A stretch of 63,658 bases of DNA, the filler included, from Diploschistes diacapsis (Eukaryota), in NCBI GenBank assembly GCA_023645945.1. It is 28 parts of 28 records of this genome, joined end to end, with 100 filler letters (N's around TTAATTAATTAA, not from the genome) between each part and the next. Parts side by side here need not be neighbours in the genome. Positions count along the whole stretch, not along the records: positions 1 to 1,466 come from JALAIB010003045.1; positions 1,567 to 3,030 come from JALAIB010003046.1; positions 3,131 to 4,594 come from JALAIB010003047.1; positions 4,695 to 6,157 come from JALAIB010003048.1; positions 6,258 to 7,720 come from JALAIB010003049.1; positions 7,821 to 29,429 come from JALAIB010000305.1; 22 more parts are not named here. One strand, given 5' to 3'. This document shows positions 1-12,803 of this stretch, piece by piece (position 1 is the stretch's first letter; every line of letters starts with the position of its first letter). The notes under the pieces were generated by a model. It had not been told where the DNA came from, searched no databases, and saw only the letters and a program-made list of their open reading frames with translations. Made by a program: the position numbers and the translations under genes.

Positions 1-105
1 TATAACTGCTCTACCTTCTTCTCCTGCTTGCACTCCTCTTCTAAACGAGACCAAACCCACCTTGACTCTACTCGTGTATACCTTGTATAGATAGAGATCA
101 TAACA
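1..105 (+). mobile_element. 3' end of a Gypsy family-A LTR inserted into a gag remnant
   Basis: Ends ...GATCATAACA. It is the reverse complement of the LTR ends at 33394 and 57263. Confidence 0.75.
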
Positions 106-980
106 CGTAGCTATCTTTTTGGCTTCTCAAGTATACGTCGAAATAAGATCTCATCCATATCAATACGCGGTCACGTATAAATCTTACGGCGAAAACTGTT
201 CGTTTCCTTTAATCGTTTATGATATACGGGTTCTAATAGAAGTATATTGAGAATTAAAGTATTTAGTGCTTTAGTTTCTTTCGGTCTTCGTAGAACGTTA
301 TTAGCTTTATAATTTTTATAGTAGGTTTTCTGTACGATTTGTCTTTGTTAGGTTTATCGTTATTTCCGGGGTCGTCGCCTTTGGCTTCCGTTATGTCCTT
401 TATACGGACATCGGTTTCATTTAGTGGCGTTGCTGCCCTAGATACGCGAAATGCTGCGGATCTAGCCATCGGTGGCGATCGTTCGGTTATATTGTTAATA
501 ATATTTATTCTTAAAGATATTTAAATGTTATAATTTCTATTTATATAAAATATACACGAATAGGATTAAGATAAATTTAATCTTTATTAAAAAAGGAGTA
601 AGATAGAAAAAAAAGATAGAATAATTATAGGCCTTAGACTCTTTCTGAAAAGAAGGTTTTAAAATGATAAAGGTAACGAATATAGATTGATCCTAAATAA
701 TGATTTAAGATATTTATAAAAATAAACACGTTTTTTTTTACGAAGATAAAATCGTGTTTATATATAATCAGCTCGCTCGTCGTTTATTATAAATTTAGCG
801 AGCGGTGTTTTCGAGGCTCGCCGTTTATAAAAATAAACGCGACCGTCGAGCGGTAACGAAAGCCTGCTTATCGCTCACGAGAATGAACGCGACCAGTGAG
901 CGCATCACGTGACCCCAGGTCCCGTGACTGATCTATATACAAAGCTGGGACGTGCCAAGTCTGGTACTTGGATCGTAACA
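106..980 (-). mobile_element. Ty3/Gypsy 5' LTR (526-980) and RIP-mutated gag start
   Basis: The LTR begins TGTTACGATCCAAGTACC on the minus strand, as at 1415 and 4165 (+). A degenerate gag follows (FYEDRKKL...RTVFAVRF), homologous to 62210-62820. Confidence 0.8.
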
Positions 981-1465
981 CTTAAATAAGTACGTTATTT
1001 TATATTTGAACGATATTTTGATTTATTTTAACGGTATATTCGAAAATTATCGATAGAAGGTTAAGGAAATATTTCGACGATTTGATAAGTATGAACTTCG
1101 TTTAAAACCAGAGAAATACGTATTCTATAAAACAGAAATCGATTTTTTAAGACACGTTGTGAGACGAGAAAGCGTTAAAATCGACCCGAAGAAAGTTCAA
1201 TCGATTTTTAAATAATTAATCCTAAAGAACGTAAAAGATATTTAATCTTTTTTAAGATTCGTTAACTATAATCGATAATTTATTAGAAATTATTTAAAGA
1301 TAATAGAACTATTAAAAAAATATTTTACGCTATAAACAAAGCAAAAAATCCGATAATCTTAGGCACACTAAACTTCAAGACGGGGAAGCTGTTATTAAAG
1401 TTCGAAGAGATAACTGTTACGATCCAAGTACCAGACTTGGCACGTCCCAGCTTTGTATATAGATC
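981..1465 (+). mobile_element. Gypsy reverse-transcriptase remnant, then start of a family-A LTR at 1415
   Basis: Translates to KPEKYVFYKTEIDFLRHVVRRESVKIDPKKVQSI with RIP stops. Same segment occurs at 35329-35674. Confidence 0.8.
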
Positions 1466-1566
1466 ANNNNNNNNNNNNNNNNNNNNNNNNNNNNNNNNNN
1501 NNNNNNNNNNTTAATTAATTAANNNNNNNNNNNNNNNNNNNNNNNNNNNNNNNNNNNNNNNNNNNN
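1466..1566. other. Artificial contig linker (N-run, TTAATTAATTAA, N-run); first of ~28 identical linkers
   Basis: The same 12-mer, which gives stops in all six frames, is centred in every ~100-bp N gap. The flanking contigs are ~1450-1465 bp and decrease steadily in length. Confidence 0.97.
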
Positions 1567-2701
1567 CTACGATCGAATATATTTTAATTATTAACGGGAT
1601 ATTACCGCCTATAATCATTTTTAAAGCATTACATATTAATATTAACTAGATTCTAATCGAAACGCCTCGAAATTAACTATTTAATACTAATAATAAAAGA
1701 TAAATAATAAATAAACACGGATATTAATAACTTATACGTATCTTTAAACCTTTAATTAAACCGAATCGACCCGAAACGCGTCGTTTATTAATTATAAACG
1801 GTCATAATAGCCACATTAACGCCAATATTATTCGTTTTTATATGTCTAATCGAATCGATCTAATGATATTATTTCCGTATAATTCTCATCTTCTTTAACC
1901 ACTCGATGTCGCAGTATTTTCGCCGTTAAAAAGCGCGTTGACGTAAAAAACGGATTATATTACTCGACTTAATAGATCGCGCATGGCACGCTCAGAATAG
2001 ATCGAATTATTTCTAATAACTCGGAATCGAGCTATTACGAATCGAAACGCTTAAACAGACTTTATAAATACTAGATTATAATTTATTAATCCCATAAACG
2101 TATTTAATAAACTCTATTAGACCTACCGGACCCCTTCATCTCCATTTTATAATCCTCTTTCAACCTCGAATCAATTCGATTTAAATTTATCCTTATTATA
2201 TAATTCTCTATTAAATGCGACCGAATTACGAAAGGCCAATAAAGAATTTAATTAGGTATTGCGAGCCGTTCTAAAACAGATCAGTCTGATTCGACGTTAT
2301 TCGAGTCGAGTAACCCGTATGCTTAAATCGACGTATACTAAACTCATAACGCTTCGTAAAAAAAACCGAAAACAAAAAACGCTTCTTAATAATCGTAAAA
2401 AACGTAAATCAAACAAACGAATCGAATTAAAAGATCGTTTTATATTTAGTACAGACGAAGTTCTTAAAATAATAACTCGGGTTAAATCGAGTCGAATAGT
2501 TTCGAAACGACCTACAACGCGTAAAAAACGTCGTCGCATTTCTGAAATCGAGAAAGATAAAAAGGAAAAAGATAGATTCGATTTAGATCGATTAGATTCT
2601 AATTACGACGAACAGGTTATATCTAAAAACCGTAGAATATTAACGGTAGTGATTTGAGGTAACCGGACTCTAGGGGTGGCCGGACTCACCGTCAAACACG
2701 T
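1567..2701 (+). mobile_element. Fot1/pogo-type DNA transposon, 3' part, RIP-mutated DDE transposase and right TIR
   Basis: Motifs RRLLIINGHNSH and FPYNSHLL*PLDVAVFSPLK. Ends ...CCGTCAAACACGT followed by TA. The same terminus recurs near 33243, 38143 and 39279, and left ends (TAACGTGTTTGACGG) occur at 38481 and 40177. Confidence 0.85.
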
Positions 2702-3668
2702 TATATTAAGATTATATAATTCTTATCACGGCAATTCTTAGGTTTATAAAATTCCGTATAATTTAGATATTCGTATTTTTTTACACGACAAATATTATAT
2801 GCGAAATAAAATTCTACTATTATAATGATTTTCTTTATCGTTAATAGATACGTTTTTAATTTTATTATTTTTCCGCTATAAATATTAATCGGACATTCTT
2901 TTGTTTTGTAATCGTATAAAAGATAATAATCCTCGTGTTTATTATTATATAATATTTCTTTATAATATCGTTAGAATGTTACGTCGATAATTAATTTTCT
3001 ATAAAAGACGTATATCAATGTTTCGTGTTTNNNNNNNNNNNNNNNNNNNNNNNNNNNNNNNNNNNNNNNNNNNNTTAATTAATTAANNNNNNNNNNNNNN
3101 NNNNNNNNNNNNNNNNNNNNNNNNNNNNNNAGAATCCTGTATTAGACGTTGTTAACGTGGCGTTAACGGGTACTGTATACGTAATCGGATTATTAATAAC
3201 GTATATAACGCCCGTTATTGGCGCAGTAGATTTTAATACATTCGGTTTAATAGATTTAAATTTAAATTTAGATTTAGTTCTTTTTTTTAAAACCTTAACC
3301 CGCAAGAACCTCCTTATTAACCGTCGGTTACTATCATTTAGCTTAAATTGATCACGTGGAATAAAAGCAGGGGCCTTTAGGGTACTGTGATCCTCGATAG
3401 AAGCAAATGATGAAGGTTTAGCATGATTTAGCTGAATTTTTGCCTTTATCGTTGATACGTTTTTGGCGTGCGTAATTAACCCGTCGTTAATATTTCCAAT
3501 ACTAGGTACTAGATCGTTGGCTAGACGTCCCCGTGGCGTTCGGATGGGTATTACGTTATCGCCGTTTCTATAGCTTTTAGGTAGTTTTAGTTCTTAAAGG
3601 ATAAGCGTTTTATTCTTTTTAAACTTGATTAAATTAGTTTTAATAATCTTTTAAACATCGGGTGTTTA

Positions 3669-4164
3669 TGTTGAGCAGGCAGGCAGAATGCATGGCTGGG
3701 AAGTTCAGCTGAACCTCAGGTTCAGGTTCAGTTCAGCTGAACCTACTGGGGTTCCTGCTAATCCTAATCGGGAATAGTGCAAGTCTATAAAACTTAATGG
3801 ATCCTATTAATATAAAAGCTTACATATAAACTCTTCCTTCTAATTAGACCTCTAGATATCTAAACTTCAATATATACATTACCCAAAAGGTATAAGCCCG
3901 GGTTAATTTACTATCCCGTCGCGTTTATATATTAAAAGTAATGTCTCCGGGCAAGTATTACCGTTATGACTGCGGGATTTAATTACGCTACCTATTATAG
4001 GTTAAATTGAAGAGATCTTAAAAGCTTAAGATCTGGATTATAATATTTTGGGATGATTAGATCTAAAATAGAAATTAAATTACTTATCAATAAAACGCGA
4101 GCACCGACTACGCTGCTCTGGGAAAGCTAAATTAATTAAATCAAATCAAAATTCAGGACTTGAG
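3669..4164 (+). mobile_element. Ty1/Copia family-B 5' LTR with PBS and leader
   Basis: TGTTGAGCAGGCAGGCAGAA start, followed at ~3889 by GGTATAAGCCCGGG, a degenerate GGTTATGAGCCC fungal copia PBS. The leader resembles 47821-48100. Confidence 0.75.
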
Positions 4165-4594
4165 TGTTACGATCCAAGTACCAGACTTGGCACGTCCCAG
4201 CTTTATATATAGATCAGTCACGGGACTAGGGATCACGTAATGCGCTTACTGCTCGCGTTTATTCTCGTAAGCGGCGAGTAAGCTTTCGCCACCGCTCGAT
4301 AGTCGCGCTTATTTTCGTAAACGACGAGCCTCGAAAATACCGCTCGTTAAACTTGCGATAAACGGCGAACGAGTTAATTATATATAAACACGATTTTATT
4401 TTCGTAAAAAAAAACGTGTTTATTTTCATAAATATCTTTAATTATTACTCGGGATTAATTTATATTCGTTATTTTTATTTTTAAAAAATCTTTTTTTAAA
4501 GATAATTTAAGATTTATAATTGTTCTATTTTTTTTTCTTATTTATATTCTTTTTTTAACAGAGATTAAACTTATTTTAATTTTACTCGTGTATA
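4165..4594 (+). mobile_element. Gypsy family-A LTR, truncated by gap
   Basis: Reverse complement of 526-980 and 33394-33848. Confidence 0.85.
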
Positions 4595-4694
4595 NNNNNN
4601 NNNNNNNNNNNNNNNNNNNNNNNNNNNNNNNNNNNNNNTTAATTAATTAANNNNNNNNNNNNNNNNNNNNNNNNNNNNNNNNNNNNNNNNNNNN

Positions 4695-5415
4695 AATTTA
4701 TAATAATTATGAATTTTTTTAAAGATCAATAAGAACAGTACCCAGTTATATATAGAAAGTTATATATCCTTATAAAAAGGATTTAGGACTGTATTCGACA
4801 ATATTATAATTTATTAGAATATAGATATAAAGGTATTACGAATACTATCAAAGCCATTGAACGAAACTACAATTTCGAAGGAATGAAAGAACATATTATT
4901 AATTTCATTAAACAATGCAACAGCTATTAAAAGAACAAATATTTAATATATAGAAAATACGGCATTACACAAACGAAACCCAAATTAGAAAAAACATATT
5001 ATTTAATTATAATGGACTTTATCACGAAATTACTAAAATCTAAAGATTTAGTAATAAATATCGAGTACGATTCTATCTAAATAATCGTCGATAGATTCGA
5101 TAATAAACCAATATATTTATCATTTAGGAAAAACTATAATGCTCAGAAGCTGCATGTAATTTAAGCCGATAGAATAACTAGACACAACGGCCATTTAAAA
5201 GAAATTATTAGTGATCGGGGATTACTATTTATATCTAATTATTAAAAGATAATGATAAAAGTCTTTGAAATAAAGCTAAAGTATTTAATAATCTTTCATC
5301 CGCAGACAGACGGACAGACAGAAAGAATAAATCAAACATTAAAATAAATACTACGCCACTACGTTAATTACGAGATAAATAAATGGGTAAAACTGTTACT
5401 AATAATCGAATGGAG
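4695..5415 (+). mobile_element. Gypsy integrase remnant (RIP)
   Basis: MDFITKLLKS, EIISDRG and FHPQTDGQTERINQTLK motifs with many stops. Confidence 0.85.
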
Positions 5416-6257
5416 CCTAAAATTTCGCCACCATTAAAGAAAGAATGTTAAAAACACGGATATGAAATCATCTAGGATGACTATAATAGGCGATAGTTGT
5501 AAGGCTAAGCGACTAGCACGCCAAGAGTCGGACAAGCGGCGCTCAGGGTCTTGGCTTGCTAGTACTTGAAGGGGGATTTTGCCTTTCTTACTCTCTCTTC
5601 TTCTTTAGTAATTAGTCCTAGCATGAACCTGCCCTGCGTATAATTATCTTGCCATATTGTCGTATTTTATCTTTTATAGTTTTAATTACTTTACCTTTCT
5701 TAAAAACGACGATCCGACAAGATAGCACGTCCTTCGCAACGTACACGTAGAGTAAACCCACGTAATCAAATTAAAATAAAAAAAATAAAGGAAAAGAAAG
5801 AAATAAACGATCTAGAATTACTTTATTTAATAAAGAAGATTTAGATCATATCGAGTAATAAAAACGAAACTCGCAATCTAAAAGTAAACATTAGTAAACG
5901 AGTCGTTAAAATAAAAAGATGGTTTCGAATATATATTAAAGGATATATTAAAAATAGTCAAAAATATATTATTAAAAATAAGATAAGATATAAAATTTAA
6001 AAAAAGCTAGGTAGTAGAGGCGAGAAAAGATGCCCTCGTCGAAAAAATAAAAAGAATTATTATTAAAGTAGCATTAATAACCGAGGTATTGTATAAAGGA
6101 TAAATAAATTAAAATCATTTAAATGCCGTAAACCGCTACCGCGATATTAAATTAAATNNNNNNNNNNNNNNNNNNNNNNNNNNNNNNNNNNNNNNNNNNN
6201 NTTAATTAATTAANNNNNNNNNNNNNNNNNNNNNNNNNNNNNNNNNNNNNNNNNNNN

Positions 6258-6793
6258 AGATAAAGCAGTTATAGATCTTAGATTGTTTCTAGAAAAAAGG
6301 TTTTTTAATAATAAAGATACCGAATAAATTAATCTCGAGCAATAATTAAGAATATTTTTAAAAATAAATACGTTCTAAATTTATGAAGGTTATAACGACG
6401 TTCTTATATAATTAATAATTCTCTTAATAAAATAAATAAATAGATGAATAGAGTTATCGTTCTTTTCTTTTATTTATAATTAAGTAGAACGGTCTTTTAG
6501 ATCTTTTATTTATCACGTGACCCGTGTTACCTTAATTAGATTATATATAAGGAATGGTTAGGAAATGCCCGACTAGCTATTGTGTGTTAAGTACTATCGA
6601 CTAGTACCTTGGATCGTAATAAAAACTATCGTTCTCCCGTTTTATCTATAGAAGGTAAAATAGCCTCTAAGGCTTTTTATTTATTACGTGATTAATGTCA
6701 TTATGATTAAATTATATATAAGAAGTGATTGGGCTAGGCCCGATTAGCTGTAAAATACCAAGTAAACTATTATTTAATCACTTGGATCGTAAC
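6258..6793 (-). mobile_element. Two nested or tandem family-A-related LTR fragments
   Basis: Two termini on the plus strand: CTTGGATCGTAATA (~6621) and CTTGGATCGTAACA (6793). They match 62821-63275 and 34215-34634. Confidence 0.7.
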
Positions 6794-7878
6794 ATTAACT
6801 CGCTTACGATCAGAACGTACCTATTTTTACGGATCTTTTAACTCGATTTAACGTATAAAGAACGGGTTTAGATCGTTATTTGATTCGAGAAAATATTTAC
6901 GGGATTAATAGGCCTACGGACGCGTATATAGGTTAAATATTTAGGCGGTTATAACGTTAATATAGCGATTTAAATTTAAAAACGTTCTCGATTATTAATA
7001 TTTGCGCTTATACGAGACCCGGATCGCGAACAACGTTCTAACGAATTAAATTATTAATTTAAAAAAAATAATAAATCGATTAAATAATTTAAGTCTATTT
7101 AACGTTATTTTGGTTTATTAAAACTTATTCCTCTCGACGTCGATTTCTATATTTCGTAAATTTATTATCGATTTATTTACGTTTTCTCGTATTATTTCTA
7201 ATACGGGACCCTTTTAAATTAACTCGGTTTCGCTTTTTATATCCGCTCGTATTCCGTTTATAATCCGTACGGAACCCGTTTCTATCCGGTTAAACATAAT
7301 CTCGATTAATTTGAAAATAACGATCGAAATTTATATTAACGGTTTTCTTTCGTTTCTTTTTAGTTTCGTTTCGATTGTTAATCGTATCTTACGTTTTATC
7401 GGTTCTATATAAAGTTTCGATAAATTTATTTTATTAAAAGAATATCTCGAATTAATATCGTCGATTAATATTTAAAATAAATATTTTCGATTCGAGTCGG
7501 ATTTTAATAACGAAACAACTTTAAAGAAAGAAACATACCGAACTTATAAGATCGAGAAGATTCAGTTCGACGATTATTACGCGAGCTGACGCCGGACAAA
7601 AAACGGACAAAAACGAAGAAAAAAGGATTAAACGAGGGGCCGGAACGGGTTCGAGAAGCTATAAAAAAATATTTAATTAATTAAATAATTTTATTTAATG
7701 TATTTAGATTTCTTTTAAAANNNNNNNNNNNNNNNNNNNNNNNNNNNNNNNNNNNNNNNNNNNNTTAATTAATTAANNNNNNNNNNNNNNNNNNNNNNNN
7801 NNNNNNNNNNNNNNNNNNNNCTGTTTCCGAAATCGCCTTCATGAAACCTCCCCCTCCCCTTCATACATGTACCTATAG

Positions 7879-8028
7879 CGCTCGCAGGGCTACACGCTGG
7901 CGGTGCGTACGACGTTCGCCGAGCTGGCGGACATGCGCTTGTACGACACCGAGTGCTCTGCGCACCAGGCATTGAAGGTATTTGGGGCCCCGAAGAGGGA
8001 AGGCGGCGTGTTGGTTTTTTTTTTTTGA
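7879..8028 (+). CDS. 3' exon of a stress-responsive A/B-barrel (Dabb) domain protein; 5' part lost in gap
   Basis: After acceptor CTATAG it reads RSQGYTLAVRTTFAELADMRLYDTECSAHQALKVF, typical of fungal Dabb C-termini. The exact stop is uncertain because of a T12 homopolymer. Confidence 0.6.
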   Translation, partial: RSQGYTLAVRTTFAELADMRLYDTECSAHQALKVFGAPKREGGVLVFFF

Positions 8029-8529
8029 AAGATGAGAGACGCGAGATGGAAGATGGCGGGTTGAGTGATGGAATTGGGCTATTGGTGCAGGAGCCCAACG
8101 GCATGACGGAAAGAACAACGGGGATTATAGTGGTCGGCTAAGGTGGAGGGAGAGAAAGGGGAAAGGAGGAGGGGACTGGGAGCGAATGCTGCTAAAGTCT
8201 AGTGCTGAGACGAAACAGGGTTTTAGAAGGTCGGCTGCGCGTAAGCGTTGCATTCTTTGTTTCCTGTCTTCCCCTCTCTTGTATGCCCAAGGACGATTTA
8301 TGGGTCATGACTTTCTCCTTGGGCTTTTGGAGGCTCCGTGTACTAGTGTATAACATCCCCCCTGTAACCAGTGTGCTGAAAGAAATAGTAATAAAGAAGG
8401 GGATTCTGATGAATACGGAAGGTTCCGGGGGGTGAGTTCAAAGGAGTAGAAACTTATAGCTCTAATCTCAGTATCTAAGCTCTGCGAGTCTATCTTATAT
8501 TTTCCAACGCTGTTGCTTAATTTCATTGT

Positions 8530-11500
8530 ATTAACGCGATTTGTACCTTGAAACTCAAAAATTATCCAAGAACGAGATCTAATGTGTGGTCAACGTCGTT
8601 GATCGCTTGTATCATTTGCAGGTATCCGTCACTAAACGGGATGCGGATTCCTTGGAACGATGAAATATTCGAAAACGAACGGGAGATCATCCGGTCGATG
8701 AAACTGGAATACTTCTTCCCGATGATCGCCGATGCCTCGCTTGTGCAGATGCTGCTATCGTACTTGAAATTGAGACTGTAACCCGTGATGGTCTTTGACA
8801 CTTCCAGATGTAGCACATAGCCAATCGGCATCGTTACACGATGTCAGCCATGACCATCCAGCGCATATGCTTCACCGACGTAGTTGCGGGCTCAAATGGC
8901 TGGAACAAGTATAATAAGCGACTGGCGGTCGTGGCATCAGCAGATCCTAGTGCTTTGTTGATGTTCGTCGAGTTGATTGACCCGCGTTCAGTGGATTTCC
9001 GAAAAAGATCCTTGTGGACTTGAGAAGGCTCCGTACGTGAGTATTGCTTCCGAACGAGCCTCGAAACGGGGGGAAGTTGGCGCAGTTACCGTTAATAGTC
9101 TGTGCATCTTCCAGAGAGATATTGAGACCGGTGATGAGATTGTCATAGACAACGTCGGGTTTACCGCTCAGCTCTGATAGAAGAATGGTAAAGGCAGACT
9201 GGAAGACGATGGGAATTGTGACGCCGCACTGCGCAGCGAATCCATCGACTCGAATATCATACTGCAGAGTGAATGTGGTAGAAACTTGTCCACCGCGAGT
9301 AGCTTCGGAGAGGGCGGGACAAGGCTTGGGAGCATCGTGCAGGAGCTTGACCCAGAAACTCAGGGTATCTTTCTGCTGCTGCTCTGGTTTGGAAAAGATA
9401 TGACCGACATAGTTTGAGAACTCCAGGGAAGGAGGAAGGACGGAATTCCTGTACCTAACCTTGAACTGTTCGTCGAATATCCTAAAGTAAAGTGCCGTCA
9501 TACATCGCATGATGGATCTTGATAAGAAGGTGCTTCTCTCCGGTCGAAGGTGTATCCAAAAGCCAATAAGTAATGAATGGCTTGCCATTTTCGACCTGGA
9601 AGATCTCTTCCCAGGTCAGCACTGCAATCTGCGGGTCTAGGCGTGGATCCTTTGTAACAATCTGCACCCATCGTTCATTATCAATGGTCCACATCGAGCG
9701 GAGTATGTGATTGTGTGCAGTAAGCCGCTGGGTGTGATCTCACTCCATGAGTTGAAATCAAAGTCTGCAGGAAGTTGCCGCAAGGTTGGACATTGCCAGA
9801 ATTGCTGTTTCGCTGCACCTCGAATCAGAATTCCTCAACGCCTGGTACAACCGGCCAGGCTGCTTTGTATATTTGAAACTAGGAATAGCGGCAACTCCCA
9901 AGGCATTCCTAAGCCGGCCAGAGAGTTTGGAGGTGCATAGTGGTGACGTGGGGCCGCAAACAAGCTGCCATATCTTGTAGTACCGGAAACGCCATAACAT
10001 CAGCTACAGAAAGCGAGCACCCCGATCCGCGGCACTTTCTGACAAGGTTAATTGCTGAAATAGAGTCGCCTCCAAGCGGGAAGAAAGAGCTCACGATGCT
10101 GATAGCCTCCTCGTTGACGCCGAGAATCTCAGTCCACAGTGAACGTAAAGCAGACTGTTCTCGGGTTTTCGGCTTTATATCACACCTTGACCCTCGCCAG
10201 CAAAATTATTGATCGATAATGGTATTATCCATCCCCTGCACAAGAGATGCCAATTGAAGTCGATTAGCATTTCCAGAAGGCAGTTGAGGGACTGACTTTA
10301 GAGCTATCCAAACCGATGGAACCATGTAGGATGCCAGAGTAGTAAGCCTCAGGCTTAGCGAGGTTAGCAATTCTTTGTGCTGGTCAACGTCAAGAATCAA
10401 GCCATCAACAGGCTCGCCACAGTCTATTTGGCTTTCGTTCCGTATCTCAGTCATCACGACAATGGCATCCGGCACAATTTTAGTGGCTAAAAGGGCACTC
10501 TCGACCCCTCCAATTTCGATCCGATGGCCGTTGACCTTGACCAGACTATCTTTTCTCGCCCGCAACATTCTATCTGCTGCCGAGGGCCCCAGCGAGCAAG
10601 ATCGCCTGTTCTGTAGATCTTTCTGGACCCATCGTGACGAAAGCCTTTTGCGTAGCTTCTGGTAGGTTCAGGTACTCTCGTGCTAATTGACAGTCCCCGA
10701 GACAAAGCTCGCCGATAGCGCCGTAAGGCATGGGCTTGGTCCCATCCTGCTCAAGAATCATTACGGAGCAGTGTTTCAGAGGTCTGCCAATGATTCTTCA
10801 ATTAGAATGCGGCCCGATAAACTCGGCTGCGGAAAGGATAGAAGCTTCTGTGGGTCCGTACCAGTTCATGACTTTGCAATGTTTCGTCCATATTTCTGCA
10901 AGATCTTGCGGAACTTGTTCCCTAGCCAGATATATTCCTTGCACACTGAGCAAATCTTCAGGCTTCAACAACCTGGCAACGGTCGGCGTAGGGAACAATG
11001 GTCAATGCTCATCTCATTGATGACATCAGGAAGGTTGGTAAGCATGTCCTCTGATGAAGCCATACAAAGCGGGGCCACAACTTTGAAAGTGCAGAAGATG
11101 TCACCAACGGCAACGTCGAAAACATAGGAGAACTCGCCAGGATTGTTCAAAGCTTTCAGCTGCAAGAATGTTATTAATTCCAGAGGAGATGGACTTGTGG
11201 AAGATAATAGGCCAGATGATCTGGTGTCAACCCAGGATTTTGAAAGTTGCCATCATGATTACGTTGGCAATCGATGTCAAAAATGTCCAGAACTTGGACA
11301 CTTTTCATGGAGTCGTTGAAAATAGGAACGTAGTCCTCGGTCGTAATTACTAACATCGCCGATACGTCTTGAACAATGAGGTTGTTTTTTTCAGCTGGAT
11401 TATCGGGATCCAAAGGTACAAAAGCTCCTCCGGCCTTAAGGATAGCTAGTATACAGAGTATCTGCTCCGCAGACTTGGGCAGACAGATAGAGACCAGCAC

Positions 11501-12050
11501 ATCTGGGCCAACACCTTGTTCTCGTAGATGACTGGCGAGCTTGTTGGCTCTAGCATTCATTGTAATAGGCGTTTCGGTTTTGAAGCAGAGGCCCTGCAAG
11601 TCCCCCAACAGCTGCAGTGATTTCTTCGAAGGCTTGCGCCGTGCATGTTTCGCGTATCATGGATCGGAACGTCACGACTTCATAACGTCACGGCGAATGT
11701 GACATCGGAATTTCCTGTATGCCGCGATAGAATCAAAGCCCAAGCAGCGTAGATCAACACCCCAGTGGATGAGGTCGCCCTTGAGGTCAGGAGCCTGAGG
11801 TCCCCTGTACCGGTTTTCTTGGACACATTGAAAACATCAGTCTCCCAGCTCATACAGGTTGGTTGAGCATTCTTCAAATATTCTGTCCAAAATGTCTTTG
11901 CAGCACCCACGTCAGAGCTCTGCAAATGCTGCACAAAAAGGGAGAATTGAGGACGATGCATGAGCGACTTTCCCTTATATGCTGTGTTCATATCATCGAA
12001 AGAAAAAGCTGGACAGCAAGAAATCAAATAGTCCGTGATGCATGCTAACT
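8530..12050 (-). pseudogene. NRPS pseudogene (partial C - A - T - C), possibly siderophore-synthetase type
   Basis: Motifs are spread over several frames: ILKAGGAFVPLDP, FDVAVGDIF, NWYGPTEAS, IYRTGDLARW, VKVNGHRIEIG, the T-domain FFPLGGDSISA and the C-domain HHAMYDG. There are many frameshifts and stops, and the A10 Lys is lost (PSGN). Confidence 0.88.
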
Positions 12051-12214
12051 ACGAGTACATTGTCAGCAAGGCTTGTCGCTCTGATCAACAGCTCATCGAG
12101 ACCTGTGATATATATTGATGCAGCCTATGGGCGATCTCGCAAGTTAGTCATAGGTTAGGAAGGAATCCCATTATCGACCCAAATGTAACGCGAATGCTTG
12201 TTATAGATAAGAAT

Positions 12215-12383
12215 TGTAGTAGATCGTAGTGTGTAGTATTGGATTGAATAATGATCGCCAGCTAGGTGGGCCAGCGAGCACTATATAGCTATAGTGGGCA
12301 GCATCGTCATAGATGCTGCTGCAGCGACGTCAGCAGCGACGTCAGCAGGACCTACCCCTAGCAGCACCAGCTATGCCACTGCA
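12215..12383. mobile_element. Solo LTR (169 bp) with 5-bp target-site duplication
   Basis: TG...CA termini (TGTAGTAG / CCACTGCA) flanked by AGAAT at 12210-12214 and 12384-12388. Shares CATCGTCATAGATGCTGC with the reverse complement of the chromovirus LTR at 46037-46229. Confidence 0.85.
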
Positions 12384-12552
12384 AGAATCCTGTTAGAGCG
12401 AAATAATATGAAAATCAGATCGCCTATCATGACTTAAAATGCAGGCAAATGAACACTACAGCGAGCCTAAAGCGTGATAAAGGTCAAAGAGATCCCTCTA
12501 TCGAATTAAAAAAAGGGAGGGGGATTAATATAGTCTGCGGCATCAATATGAT

Positions 12553-12758
12553 GTCGAATGATGAAGACGACTGCTGGCAGACCTTTTCGTCGAAGGAAGG
12601 TTGTGGGTTCGATTCCTCCTGCTGTCACCGTTATGAATATCATTCACTCCAGGCTTGGCAACCTGGTCTAATCTTAGAGCGGCTGGTTACTTTTGGCGTA
12701 ATGGTCGAGACTCGGCATCGATAAAACAGGTTTTCAACTTAAGTTAACAAGCAGGTCG
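12553..12758 (+). repeat. Left copy of ~200-bp diverged direct repeat with tRNA-like T-arm/B-box
   Basis: Aligns to 17211-17425; 12669-12720 vs 17326-17377 is 44/52 identical. B-box GGTTCGATTCC at 12606-12616. Confidence 0.85.
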
Positions 12759-12782
12759 ATAAAGGTGCAAAATAAATAATAG

Positions 12783-12803
12783 CAACAACAACAACAACAA
12801 CAA
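12783..12803 (+). repeat. (CAA)7 microsatellite
   Basis: Seen directly in the sequence. Confidence 0.9.

Noticed and set aside
1511..1522. Regularly spaced TTAATTAATTAA as a biological repeat
   Set aside because: Always centred in N runs; it is an assembly linker. ORFs containing X runs, and gene neighbourhoods across linkers, are artefacts.
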